Below are positions 6,943-14,838 of a DNA stretch of 14,838 bases, in pieces. Below the pieces are notes generated by a model. The model was not told where the DNA came from. It made no database searches and worked only from the letters and a program-made list of their open reading frames with translations. How positions within the stretch are numbered: position 1 is the stretch's first letter; each line of letters starts with the position of its first letter. The position numbers and the translations under genes are program-made. The DNA lies in the NCBI GenBank assembly GCA_050178385.1, contig JBFXGD010000080.1:1-14838 (forward strand). Reading direction: 5' to 3'. Source of the stretch: Calditrichaceae bacterium (GTDB taxonomy: Bacteria; Calditrichota; Calditrichia; Calditrichales; JBFXGD01).

Positions 6943-9189
6943 ATGAAATGGTATAAAAAGGATCCCCTTTCAAAGATCGCCATAAAATATAAGCTGCCGC
7001 TTAGCTTTGTTCTTTTGTCTCTGATTGTTTTCGGATTTGGAGGTTATTTTGTAGTCAATTCAGTATACAGCGGCCTGGATAGAGAGATCCAAATCCGCCT
7101 GAAGAGCGAATCCATGGCTCAGGCGGTGATATTTGACAATAAACTGGAATCCCTGAAGCGCAGAGCCGAAGATTTTGCATCAGACGGGTTTATCCGCTCG
7201 AATATGAAAATTCTGCTCGACCGGCATTCGGATCGTGATAAAAAAATCATTCTTCAAAATGCCCATCATGCTCTAAAAAAACATTTAATAGCGAACAAGC
7301 TTCCTCTGGTGAATGATTTTTCTGCCATCGAAATTTACAATAATGAAAAAATACGTCTGACAGGAACCACCGATACTATCCATTTTATTCAAAAATATAT
7401 CGATCAGGCATTGATAGAAGACTCAAAAAGATTTAGTCAAATAATACCGCCGTCCAAACCGGGATCATTTCCAACCGCCGCCATCGTGACAGATATCTGG
7501 AATCTGAATCATTCTGAAAAACTGGGTTTTCTCGTTTGTGTCTTAAATTTAGAAGCCGTCGTCAAAGATATGTCCGGTGAATACGATTATGGGCTGACCG
7601 ATACACAGATTGAGAAGTATCTGACAGTGATTGATCAGAATGGGGTGTGTTTGGAAGTGCCGTGGCGGTATCTCGATGGTAATAATAATGCTGCCGCAAG
7701 TAAGGGAATTAAATTAAGCGAAAAATCCCGGTCAACGCCGATAGCGTTTCATAACGGCCGTCATATTTGCTCAAACGGCAAAGAAATGTTTGGGCAAAGC
7801 TTTCCGCTGGATAGTAATACCTGGAGAGTGATGATTGAACTCAACTCAGCTCAGGCGTTGCAGCCGATAGGTGTCCTTGAGAGCAAGGTTCTGGGTATCG
7901 CGTTTATTGTTGCCCTGACAGCGCTGATCCTGCTGTACTTTCCTGTTCAGTTTGTCATTAGACCGCTTGGGGAACTCCAAAGAATGGCTTACAGGATCAA
8001 GGAAGGAGATTTTTCAAAACGCATAAAATATCAGTCGGAAGATGAAATCGGTAATTTGGCACGAACCTTCAACATGATGGCGGAAGCGATACAAGAGCGA
8101 ACAATGAGTCTTGAACGCACAGCGCATGATCTGCAGAAGAGAGAAGTCGAACTTCGGATCCAGCACGACCGATTGAACACAGTAGTTCATTCATTGACCG
8201 ATGGGCTTGTTCTCCTGAATTCCAGAGGGGATGTTGTACTCTCCAATAAAGCGTCGGCTCCGCTGATAAATTTTCTGGAAAGCGCGGAGGCGGTAAACAG
8301 AATCCGAAAATGTAAAAACGGACTTAGCAAAGATAATAATTGTCTCCATTGTTTGATGGATGTGTCAAAAAAAACATCCTGTGTGATTGTGATTGAAAAC
8401 GCCACGTATGAAATTATTTCGACAAAATTACCGGCGGTGGACGGATCTACAAGCAAAGTTTTGGTTTCCAGGGATATTACGGAGCGTGAAAGGCTTGGTG
8501 AAAGGCAGGCGCATCAGGACCGTTTATCTGTTCTTGGAAAGACCGCGGCAGTTGTAGCGCATGAAATGAATAGTCCGCTTGCGGCGATCTCCATGTATAA
8601 TCAGATGATGGAATCGGAGCTAAGGGAGAACTCGAAATTTCATGAGCATGTTGACGTAATTAAAAGAAATACGCAGACTTGCCAGCGGATCATAAACGAG
8701 CTTCTGAACTATGCAAAACTTCCACAGCCGCGCATAGAAGAAATCAATATCCGCCAGATTCTTGTGAATGTCATACGGTTTCTAAGGCCTTTAAACAAAG
8801 AAAAGCAGACGACCATTGAACAGGATTTTCAGGATAAGGACCAGCCGTTTTTAGGTGATGCTACCCAAATCCAGCAGGTTTTTGTCAATCTTTTACTAAA
8901 TGCCTTACAGGCGGTACCGGAAGGAACAGGTAAAATTAAACTTTCAACGTTTCATAATAATAGCGGATTGATCGTTGATGTGGAAGATAACGGACCCGGT
9001 GTCGATATAAAGCATAAACGAGAAATATTTGAACCCTTCTTTACAACAAAAAACACCGGTGGAACAGGTCTGGGTTTATCGACGGCGAGAAGCATCATAA
9101 ATGCACACAACGGTGATCTCGAACTGTTCGAATCGATTCAGGGGAAAACCATTTTTCGCGTTCTTATACCGTTTCAGGCAAAAGCATAA
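6943..9189 (+). CDS. Membrane sensor histidine kinase (2 TM, ~280-aa periplasmic domain, HAMP, Cys-rich PAS-like region, HisKA, HATPase_c; NtrB-like core)
   Basis: HAMP (RPLGELQRMAYRIKEGDFSKRI...DEIGNLARTFNMM), H-box AHEMNSPL, N-box QVFVNLLLNA, DNGPG, IFEPFFTTK, GTGLGL. Confidence 0.95.
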   Translation: MKWYKKDPLSKIAIKYKLPLSFVLLSLIVFGFGGYFVVNSVYSGLDREIQIRLKSESMAQAVIFDNKLESLKRRAEDFASDGFIRSNMKILLDRHSDRDKKIILQNAHHALKKHLIANKLPLVNDFSAIEIYNNEKIRLTGTTDTIHFIQKYIDQALIEDSKRFSQIIPPSKPGSFPTAAIVTDIWNLNHSEKLGFLVCVLNLEAVVKDMSGEYDYGLTDTQIEKYLTVIDQNGVCLEVPWRYLDGNNNAAASKGIKLSEKSRSTPIAFHNGRHICSNGKEMFGQSFPLDSNTWRVMIELNSAQALQPIGVLESKVLGIAFIVALTALILLYFPVQFVIRPLGELQRMAYRIKEGDFSKRIKYQSEDEIGNLARTFNMMAEAIQERTMSLERTAHDLQKREVELRIQHDRLNTVVHSLTDGLVLLNSRGDVVLSNKASAPLINFLESAEAVNRIRKCKNGLSKDNNCLHCLMDVSKKTSCVIVIENATYEIISTKLPAVDGSTSKVLVSRDITERERLGERQAHQDRLSVLGKTAAVVAHEMNSPLAAISMYNQMMESELRENSKFHEHVDVIKRNTQTCQRIINELLNYAKLPQPRIEEINIRQILVNVIRFLRPLNKEKQTTIEQDFQDKDQPFLGDATQIQQVFVNLLLNALQAVPEGTGKIKLSTFHNNSGLIVDVEDNGPGVDIKHKREIFEPFFTTKNTGGTGLGLSTARSIINAHNGDLELFESIQGKTIFRVLIPFQAKA

Positions 9190-9239
9190 TATGAAGGCTG
9201 AAAACCTCACTATTAATCCGGGAAGGAAATAAACAGTAT

Positions 9240-10664
9240 ATGGAAATGGATGCCAAAAAATTTTATGATCTTAGCCAGCTTAAAATACTGGTGGTTGATG
9301 ATCAGGAAGATGTCAGAAGAGGGCTACAGCGGCTCATTGGTACTTTGGGGTGTGACGTAGAAGAGAAGGCATCCGCTGAAGAAGCTCTCTCCGCCCTGCA
9401 ACAGGATAGCTATGATATCGTTTTTACAGATCTGAAGATGGACAAGATGTCCGGGGTTGATTTGCTGCATGAAATTAACGCCAACTGGTCTGAGGTGGCA
9501 GTCGTTCTCATAACCGGGTACGGGACAATTGAGCTGGCGGTTTCCTGCCTGCAGAACGGCGCCTCTCATTTTGTTACCAAACCATTCGACAATAACGAAA
9601 TCCTTTCATTTGTAGAGCGCACAGGGTATAAAATTCTCTCACGGAGGATTGTTAAAAAGAATCTTGATAAATACAGGTCGGAAAATATCATCGCGGTATC
9701 TAAAATCATGCGTGATGTTCTCGACCTCGTTGATCAGGTGGCGCCCAGCAAAGTACCGGTATTGATAGAAGGCGCAAGTGGCACGGGGAAAGAATTAATC
9801 GCCCATGAAATACATAATCGGAGTCTTGTGAAAGGAAAACCATTTCTGGCCATCAATTGTATCGCTTTACCGGACACGCTTCTTGAATCTGAACTATTCG
9901 GATACAAAAAAGGCGCGTTCACAGGCGCCCATAAAGACTCCAAAGGATTGTTTGAACAAGTCAAAGGCGGCACAATCTTTTTGGATGAGGTTTCTTCCAT
10001 GTCGCTGATGTTTCAGGGGAAGCTATTGCGGGTTCTGCAGGAGAAACAAATCAGGCCTCTTGGTGGGGATGATGTCATCCCGGTTGATTTTCGTCTTATT
10101 GCCGCAAGTAACAATAATCTTGAAGAAATGGTTCAGAAGGGGCAATTCCGGGAGGATCTGTTTTACAGATTAAAAGTCATGAAAATAGAAATCCCGCTGT
10201 TAAAGGACCGGCCGGAATGTATCCCTGTTCTCGCTGAGCATTTTTTTAGAAAATCGGTGAATGAGTATTTCGAGGGCGGTGAATTAATTCCTGAACTATC
10301 TCCCGCAGCGGTAAGCGCATTAAAGAAACATGAATGGAAAGGAAATGTAAGAGAGCTTGAAAATACCATTCAGAGAGCGCTTATTGTCTGTAAAGGCGAT
10401 AAAATATTGCCATCTCACCTGGGATTGTCAAAAAGCGAGGAAAACGGTTATGGATTATTCGATGACACGACGACCTATGAAGAAGGAAAACAAAAAGCGA
10501 TTGAAGAGTTTCAACGCACGTATATACAAAATTCTCTTATGAGAACAAAAGGAAATATATCCCGCGCGGCTGATTTGTGCGGTTTGACAAGGGCAGCGTT
10601 TCAGCGCATTATGAGGAAACTGAATATTGACAGCTCAGATGCAAGGGATAATTCGTCTGAATAA
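9240..10664 (+). CDS. Sigma54-dependent response regulator (NtrC family: receiver, AAA+, Fis-type HTH)
   Basis: Receiver VVDD...TDLKM...ITG...KPF. Walker A GASGTGKE, intact ESELFGYKKGAFTGA, Walker B FLDEV, FREDLFYRL, WKGNVRELEN. C-terminal HTH GNISRAADLCGLTR. Confidence 0.96.
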   Translation: MEMDAKKFYDLSQLKILVVDDQEDVRRGLQRLIGTLGCDVEEKASAEEALSALQQDSYDIVFTDLKMDKMSGVDLLHEINANWSEVAVVLITGYGTIELAVSCLQNGASHFVTKPFDNNEILSFVERTGYKILSRRIVKKNLDKYRSENIIAVSKIMRDVLDLVDQVAPSKVPVLIEGASGTGKELIAHEIHNRSLVKGKPFLAINCIALPDTLLESELFGYKKGAFTGAHKDSKGLFEQVKGGTIFLDEVSSMSLMFQGKLLRVLQEKQIRPLGGDDVIPVDFRLIAASNNNLEEMVQKGQFREDLFYRLKVMKIEIPLLKDRPECIPVLAEHFFRKSVNEYFEGGELIPELSPAAVSALKKHEWKGNVRELENTIQRALIVCKGDKILPSHLGLSKSEENGYGLFDDTTTYEEGKQKAIEEFQRTYIQNSLMRTKGNISRAADLCGLTRAAFQRIMRKLNIDSSDARDNSSE

Positions 10665-10669
10665 TTCCG

Positions 10670-10689
10670 GTGCATAGGGTTGTATGCAC
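10670..10689. promoter_or_regulatory. Palindrome 1, GTGCATA-N6-TATGCAC, putative upstream activator sequence for the enhancer-binding protein
   Basis: Perfect 7-bp inverted repeat (GTGCATA gggttg TATGCAC), repeated 70 bp downstream, about 235 bp upstream of the predicted sigma54 start. Confidence 0.75.
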
Positions 10690-10739
10690 GATTTAAGTTA
10701 CAGTTTTTTATGCGATTATGCGGAAAATATCAAAATCGG

Positions 10740-10759
10740 GTGCATAGTCGTATATGCAC
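10740..10759. promoter_or_regulatory. Palindrome 2, GTGCATA-N6-TATGCAC, putative upstream activator sequence
   Basis: GTGCATA gtcgta TATGCAC. Arms and spacer length are identical to site 1 with a mostly different spacer sequence. About 165 bp upstream of the predicted start. Confidence 0.75.
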
Positions 10760-10888
10760 TTTCTCTGAATTTTATCATATTTTGTATCAATATAATTTCT
10801 ACTTCCAAAACAAAATCATTCTATAAACTCCAGATTTATAGTGATTTACAGTTTCTCTCTATTCAATTGAGATGTCGTAGTAGTATTA

Positions 10889-10904
10889 TGGCACAATACT
10901 TGTA
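10889..10904 (+). promoter_or_regulatory. Sigma54 (-24/-12) promoter for narC-narG
   Basis: TGGCAC-AATAC-TTGTA versus consensus TGGCAC-N5-TTGCW. Spacing is correct, with one deviation (GT instead of GC at -12). Lies downstream of a sigma54 activator gene and 65 nt before the narC start. Confidence 0.75.
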
Positions 10905-10917
10905 ATAGTGATCACAA
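10900..10917. promoter_or_regulatory. Near-perfect palindrome TTGTAAT-N4-ATCACAA (CRP/FNR-family or Rex-like operator)
   Basis: One mismatch from TTGTGAT-N4-ATCACAA. Contains TGTAA-N6-TCACA (cf. TGTGA-N6-TCACA). Overlaps the -12 element and the predicted +1. Confidence 0.5.
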
Positions 10918-10968
10918 CATCACAAACTCATAAATGAGACTGTCCACACAAAAATTATTGAGGTATCA

Positions 10969-11829
10969 ATGATTTTGGCAATCCTAAAACAAAATGATTG
11001 CAGAAGGGCTGTTCTACTCCTCACAGCTTTTCTTTTTGTTTCTGTAAATCACATCAATGCTCAGACTCCCGACGAATATTTCAAGCAAAACTGTGTCAGT
11101 TGTCATACGGTCGGCGGCGGTCGTTTGACCGGGCCTGATTTAAAGAATGTCAATGACAGGCAGTCACGTGATTGGCTGGTTAACTGGCTGATGGATCCAC
11201 AGGGAATTCTGGCCGGCGGAGACCCATACGCGTTAACGCTGCAAAAAGAAGCGCGCGGCGCCGTTATGACCAATTCACCTGGTATGACGAAAGTAATGGC
11301 CAATGCACTTCTCGATTTGATGGCAGCTGAGTCAAAGCTGGAAAAATCACAGTTTGCGGGAATGCAGATTGCTGACCGCCCCCTGCTTCCATCGGATATC
11401 GTTGAGGGTGAAGCGCTTTTTACCGGAAAAAAGCGGCTGTTAAACGGAGGCCCGGCCTGTATAGGATGTCATACCGTAAACAGTATGACCGGATTTGGCG
11501 GTGGGCTTCTCGGGTTGAATCTGACCCGGGCATTCGCCAGGCTTGGCGGGCAAAAAGCGCTTTCTACCTGGCTCGTGGCGCCGCCCGGACTCACGATGAA
11601 TCCAATCTTTAAAACCAAACCCATTGCTGACACTGAAATTTTACCCATCGTCGCATTTCTTAAAAATGAAACTGAGATGGATAAGCCGCTGAACACAGCC
11701 TCGATGGTCAATTTTTTACTTTTTGGAATAGTCGGGGCGGTAATCCTTTTGGTTGTTTTTGATTTGCTGTGGAATAAACGTTTTCGCGGTGTACGAAAGG
11801 CAATGGTTCAGCAGAAAAAACTCACTTGA
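10969..11829 (+). CDS. narC: Membrane-anchored periplasmic dihaem cytochrome c, NarC-like
   Basis: Signal peptide (INA|Q). Two CxxCH motifs (CVSCH 11092-11106, CIGCH 11458-11472), each with a downstream Met as candidate distal ligand. C-terminal TM helix followed by a basic tail. Directly upstream of narG. Confidence 0.85.
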   Translation: MILAILKQNDCRRAVLLLTAFLFVSVNHINAQTPDEYFKQNCVSCHTVGGGRLTGPDLKNVNDRQSRDWLVNWLMDPQGILAGGDPYALTLQKEARGAVMTNSPGMTKVMANALLDLMAAESKLEKSQFAGMQIADRPLLPSDIVEGEALFTGKKRLLNGGPACIGCHTVNSMTGFGGGLLGLNLTRAFARLGGQKALSTWLVAPPGLTMNPIFKTKPIADTEILPIVAFLKNETEMDKPLNTASMVNFLLFGIVGAVILLVVFDLLWNKRFRGVRKAMVQQKKLT

Positions 11830-11916
11830 GAATTCAGGAATAGATATCTGGATCATTTCGAATAATCTAAACATGTTTTGGTGATATGCATTGTTGCAAA
11901 AATTAAGGAATACATA

Positions 11917-14838
11917 ATGAGCAGGAAATCGTGGATTAGAGACGATGTTGTTCCCCAACAAAGAACCTGGGAACAATTCTACAGGAATCGCTGGCAGTAC
12001 GATAAAATTGTCCGCAGCACCCACGGTGTGAACTGTACGGGGAGCTGCACATGGAATATTCATGTAAAAGACGGGATTGTCACCTGGGAAATGCAGGGAC
12101 TTGATTATCCCACCCTCGAGCATGGTTTACCCCCCTATGAACCACGTGGTTGTCAGCGAGGTATTTCTTATTCCTGGTATTTGTACAGTCCTCTGCGTGT
12201 AAAATATCCTTATATCCGCGGCGCGATGCTGGAATTTTGGAAAAAGGCTAAATCGGAATACGATGATCCGGTTGACGCGTGGAAATCGATGGTGGAAGAT
12301 CCGGAAAAACGGCAGCGCTGGCAGCAGGCGCGCGGAAAAGGTGGATTCCGCAGGACGGATTGGGATACTGTTTTGGAGATTATGGCCGCCTCCAATATAT
12401 ATACCATTAAAAAACACGGTCCCGACAGGATTGCCGGTTTCTCACCAATTCCCGCCATGTCGATGATCAGTTATGCGGCAGGCGCGAGAATGCTGCAGTT
12501 GATGGGCGGTCTGGCTCTTTCATTTTACGACTGGTACTGTGATCTGCCAAGCGCCTCACCTGAAACATGGGGTGAGCAGACCGATGTTCAGGAATCAGCG
12601 GACTGGTATAATGCCAAGTTGCTGGCGGTCATGGGATCCAATCTGAATATGACCCGCACGCCGGATTGTCATTTTGCCGCCGAATCGCGCCATAACGGGA
12701 CCAAAATGTATGTTTTCGCGCCTGATTTCAATCAGGTCGCAAAATACGCGGATGAGTGGATGTCCATAAACGCCGGGCAGGACGGCGCCTGGTGGATGGC
12801 TGTTAATCATGTTCTGCTAAAGGAATTCCACCACGAGAAACAGACTCCATATTTTATAGAGTATGTAAAAAAATACACCGATGCCCCACTACTTGTAGAG
12901 TTGCATAAGGAAAATGATCATTTCGAAGCGGGACAGCTTCTCAGAGCCGGTCAGCTAAAGAAATATGCTGATCAGGAGAACGGGGAGTGGAAATTTCTCA
13001 TGTGGGATGATTCGGCATCAGCTCCTAAAATGCCAATGGGCAGTGTCGGTCACCGATGGGGGAAGGAGAAAGGGAAATGGAATCTTCAATTGAAGGACGG
13101 CGCGGACGGGAGCAAAATTAATCCCATTCTTACTTTCTTGAATAACAAAGATGAAGAAGTTCTGGTGCGCCTCGATGATTTTGGGGAAGCCAATAATATT
13201 GTCAGGGGCGTTCCCGTCAAAAAAATAGAAACAGAAAGCGGTACAAAGATCGTTACGACGGTCTATGATTTATTGATGGCTCAGTATGGCGTGCCCAGGG
13301 GATTAAAGGGAGAATATCCGGCTGATTATGATGATGAAAACGCCCCTTACACACCCGCGTGGTCTGAAAAATATACCGGATTGTCCCGTGATAATCTTAT
13401 CAAATTCGCCCGCGAGTGGGGAAGTACGGCCGAACACACGAACGGAAAGTGTACAATCATTATCGGCGCGGGTATTAATCACTGGTATCATGGAAATTTA
13501 ATGTACCGGGCAGGTATTCACGCGCTTATGTATACGGGTTGTATCGGAGTCAACGGCGGTGGTTTGGCGCATTATGTGGGACAGGAAAAGCTTGCTCCCG
13601 GCGAATCATGGGGAACTATCGCGTTTGCCAAAGACTGGTATGGCGCGTCACGACTCCAGAACGCGCCGAGCTGGCATTATGTTAATTCGGATCAATGGCG
13701 TTATGAAAAAGCTTTCACGGATTATCATTCTGTCCCGCAAAATCAGAAAGAAGGATCTCTGGCGAAAGGGCATACAATGGATGTCCAGATTCGGGCTGTT
13801 AAAAACGGCTGGATGCCTTTCTATCCGCAGTTTGAAAAAAGTCCGATTGAACTTGCAAAGGAAGCGATCAAAGCCACCGGTTCGAATGATGAAAAAGATG
13901 TCATAAAATATGTTGTTGATCTATTAAAAAACAAAAAACTGAAATTTTCCGTTGAAGATCCGGATGCTCCCGAAAACTGGCCGCGTGTCTGGTATATTTG
14001 GAGAGGTAACGCGCTGATGGCCAGTGCGAAAGGGCACGAATATTTTCTGAAGCATTACCTTGGTACGCATAACAATGCAATCGGTGACAGTGATTTTGCA
14101 AAGGGACAGGTCGAAGATGTGACCTGGCATGACAAGCTGCCAACCGGTAAGATGGATCTGATTGTTGATCTGAATTTTAGAATGGACACTTCGGCACTAT
14201 ACTCAGACATCGTTTTACCAGCGGCGACCTGGTATGAAAAGGCGGACCTGAATTCGACGGATATGCATAGTTTTATTCATCCGCTTTCTAAGGCGGTACC
14301 CCCCTGTTGGGAATCAAAAAGCGACTGGGAAATCTTCAAGCAAATTTCTAAAAAATTCTCAGAATTATCTCAGAAACATTTTCCGGATCATGTACCTGAT
14401 CTTGTAACAAAGCCTCTGGCTCATGACACCCCCGCGGAAATCGCGCAGACACAGATCAGGGACTGGACCAGCGGTGAAGTGGAAGCCATTCCGGGAAAAA
14501 CCATGCCGGGTATGCAGCTGGTGTACCGTGATTATAAAAATATGTATAATCAGTATATCTCCTTGGGTAAAATTGCCCGCGATAAAGGTATCGGCGCGCA
14601 TGGAACTCACTACGAGATAGATGATTTCTATGACGCCATGCTGGCAACGCATCCGACGGAAAGCTGGGGGGGAAACACATATCCTTCATTGGATGAAGAT
14701 GAAGATACCTGCAATGTCATACTGCACCTTGCTACCGTTACAAACGGTGAATTATCATATCGTTCCTACAAGAATCTTGAAGAAAAAGTCGGATTACCGT
14801 TAGCTGATCTGGTGGAGAAATCCAGAGATGTGAGAGTG
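11917..14838 (+). CDS. narG: Respiratory nitrate reductase alpha subunit (NarG/NxrA group, type II Mo-bisPGD enzyme), 3'-truncated by the window edge
   Basis: Manual translation of frame 1 gives 974 codons with no stop. [10 protein letters not shown]...[12 protein letters not shown]...PRGCQRG (FS0 ligands H, C, C, C), [20 protein letters not shown] (Mo-ligating Asp at 12541), WGEQTD, HYVGQEK, DLNFRM...[21 protein letters not shown]. No Tat leader. Confidence 0.97.
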   Translation, partial: MSRKSWIRDDVVPQQRTWEQFYRNRWQYDKIVRSTHGVNCTGSCTWNIHVKDGIVTWEMQGLDYPTLEHGLPPYEPRGCQRGISYSWYLYSPLRVKYPYIRGAMLEFWKKAKSEYDDPVDAWKSMVEDPEKRQRWQQARGKGGFRRTDWDTVLEIMAASNIYTIKKHGPDRIAGFSPIPAMSMISYAAGARMLQLMGGLALSFYDWYCDLPSASPETWGEQTDVQESADWYNAKLLAVMGSNLNMTRTPDCHFAAESRHNGTKMYVFAPDFNQVAKYADEWMSINAGQDGAWWMAVNHVLLKEFHHEKQTPYFIEYVKKYTDAPLLVELHKENDHFEAGQLLRAGQLKKYADQENGEWKFLMWDDSASAPKMPMGSVGHRWGKEKGKWNLQLKDGADGSKINPILTFLNNKDEEVLVRLDDFGEANNIVRGVPVKKIETESGTKIVTTVYDLLMAQYGVPRGLKGEYPADYDDENAPYTPAWSEKYTGLSRDNLIKFAREWGSTAEHTNGKCTIIIGAGINHWYHGNLMYRAGIHALMYTGCIGVNGGGLAHYVGQEKLAPGESWGTIAFAKDWYGASRLQNAPSWHYVNSDQWRYEKAFTDYHSVPQNQKEGSLAKGHTMDVQIRAVKNGWMPFYPQFEKSPIELAKEAIKATGSNDEKDVIKYVVDLLKNKKLKFSVEDPDAPENWPRVWYIWRGNALMASAKGHEYFLKHYLGTHNNAIGDSDFAKGQVEDVTWHDKLPTGKMDLIVDLNFRMDTSALYSDIVLPAATWYEKADLNSTDMHSFIHPLSKAVPPCWESKSDWEIFKQISKKFSELSQKHFPDHVPDLVTKPLAHDTPAEIAQTQIRDWTSGEVEAIPGKTMPGMQLVYRDYKNMYNQYISLGKIARDKGIGAHGTHYEIDDFYDAMLATHPTESWGGNTYPSLDEDEDTCNVILHLATVTNGELSYRSYKNLEEKVGLPLADLVEKSRDVRV

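Noticed and set aside
8341..8352. CLHC as a haem c attachment site
   Set aside because: Not CxxCH (followed by Leu) and predicted cytoplasmic.
9191..9232. 13-codon mini-ORF MKAENLTINPGRK between kinase and regulator
   Set aside because: No RBS or other support. A short ORF here is expected by chance.
10785..10797. IHF site (TATCAA-TATA-ATT)
   Set aside because: Lacks the TTR element of WATCAA-N4-TTR, so too weak to call.
10684..10905. 73-aa ORF in the regulator-narC gap
   Set aside because: Overlaps both enhancer palindromes and the sigma54 promoter, has no RBS, and has a composition expected from AT-rich non-coding DNA.
169..11711. Minus-strand and alternative-frame ORFs of 60-124 aa
   Set aside because: All lie mostly or wholly within well-supported + strand genes and show no recognisable motifs.
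11917..11990. Periplasmic (Tat-exported) Nar/Nxr/Pcr-type enzyme
   Set aside because: No twin-arginine motif or hydrophobic leader precedes the FS0 motif.
11716..14803. Numerous short ORFs on both strands listed in the track, suggesting a fragmented or pseudogene region
   Set aside because: They are shadows of narC/narG. Frame 1 is open from 11917 to the window end with all NarG motifs intact.
1..14838. CRISPR arrays, tRNA/rRNA genes, transposases, integrases
   Set aside because: No repeat-spacer pattern, RNA gene signature or mobile-element protein seen. Intergenic gaps are short.

Overview
All credible genes lie on the + strand of a diderm bacterium and fall into two blocks. Block 1 (1-6751) has the 3' end of an FGE/SUMF1-fold protein lacking the catalytic cysteines, a divergent heme O synthase (cyoE/ctaB), a small 4-TM protein, a TetR regulator and an MMPL/RND + LolA-like + outer-membrane beta-barrel triad, closed by an intrinsic terminator. 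Block 2 (6752-14838) has a HAMP/PAS-type histidine kinase with a C-x9-C-x2-C-x9-C cluster, a sigma54-dependent NtrC-family response regulator, a structured 304-bp control region, a membrane-anchored dihaem cytochrome c (NarC-like) and a respiratory nitrate reductase alpha subunit (narG, 11917 to window end, absent from the ORF track because it has no stop in the window). The best candidate for an undescribed system is a self-contained sigma54 circuit for nitrate respiration: two perfect GTGCATA-N6-TATGCAC palindromes, a -24/-12 promoter and an overlapping CRP/FNR- or Rex-like palindrome lie between the regulator and narC-narG, in place of the usual FNR/NarXL control. All family calls come from motif recognition only; no searches were run.
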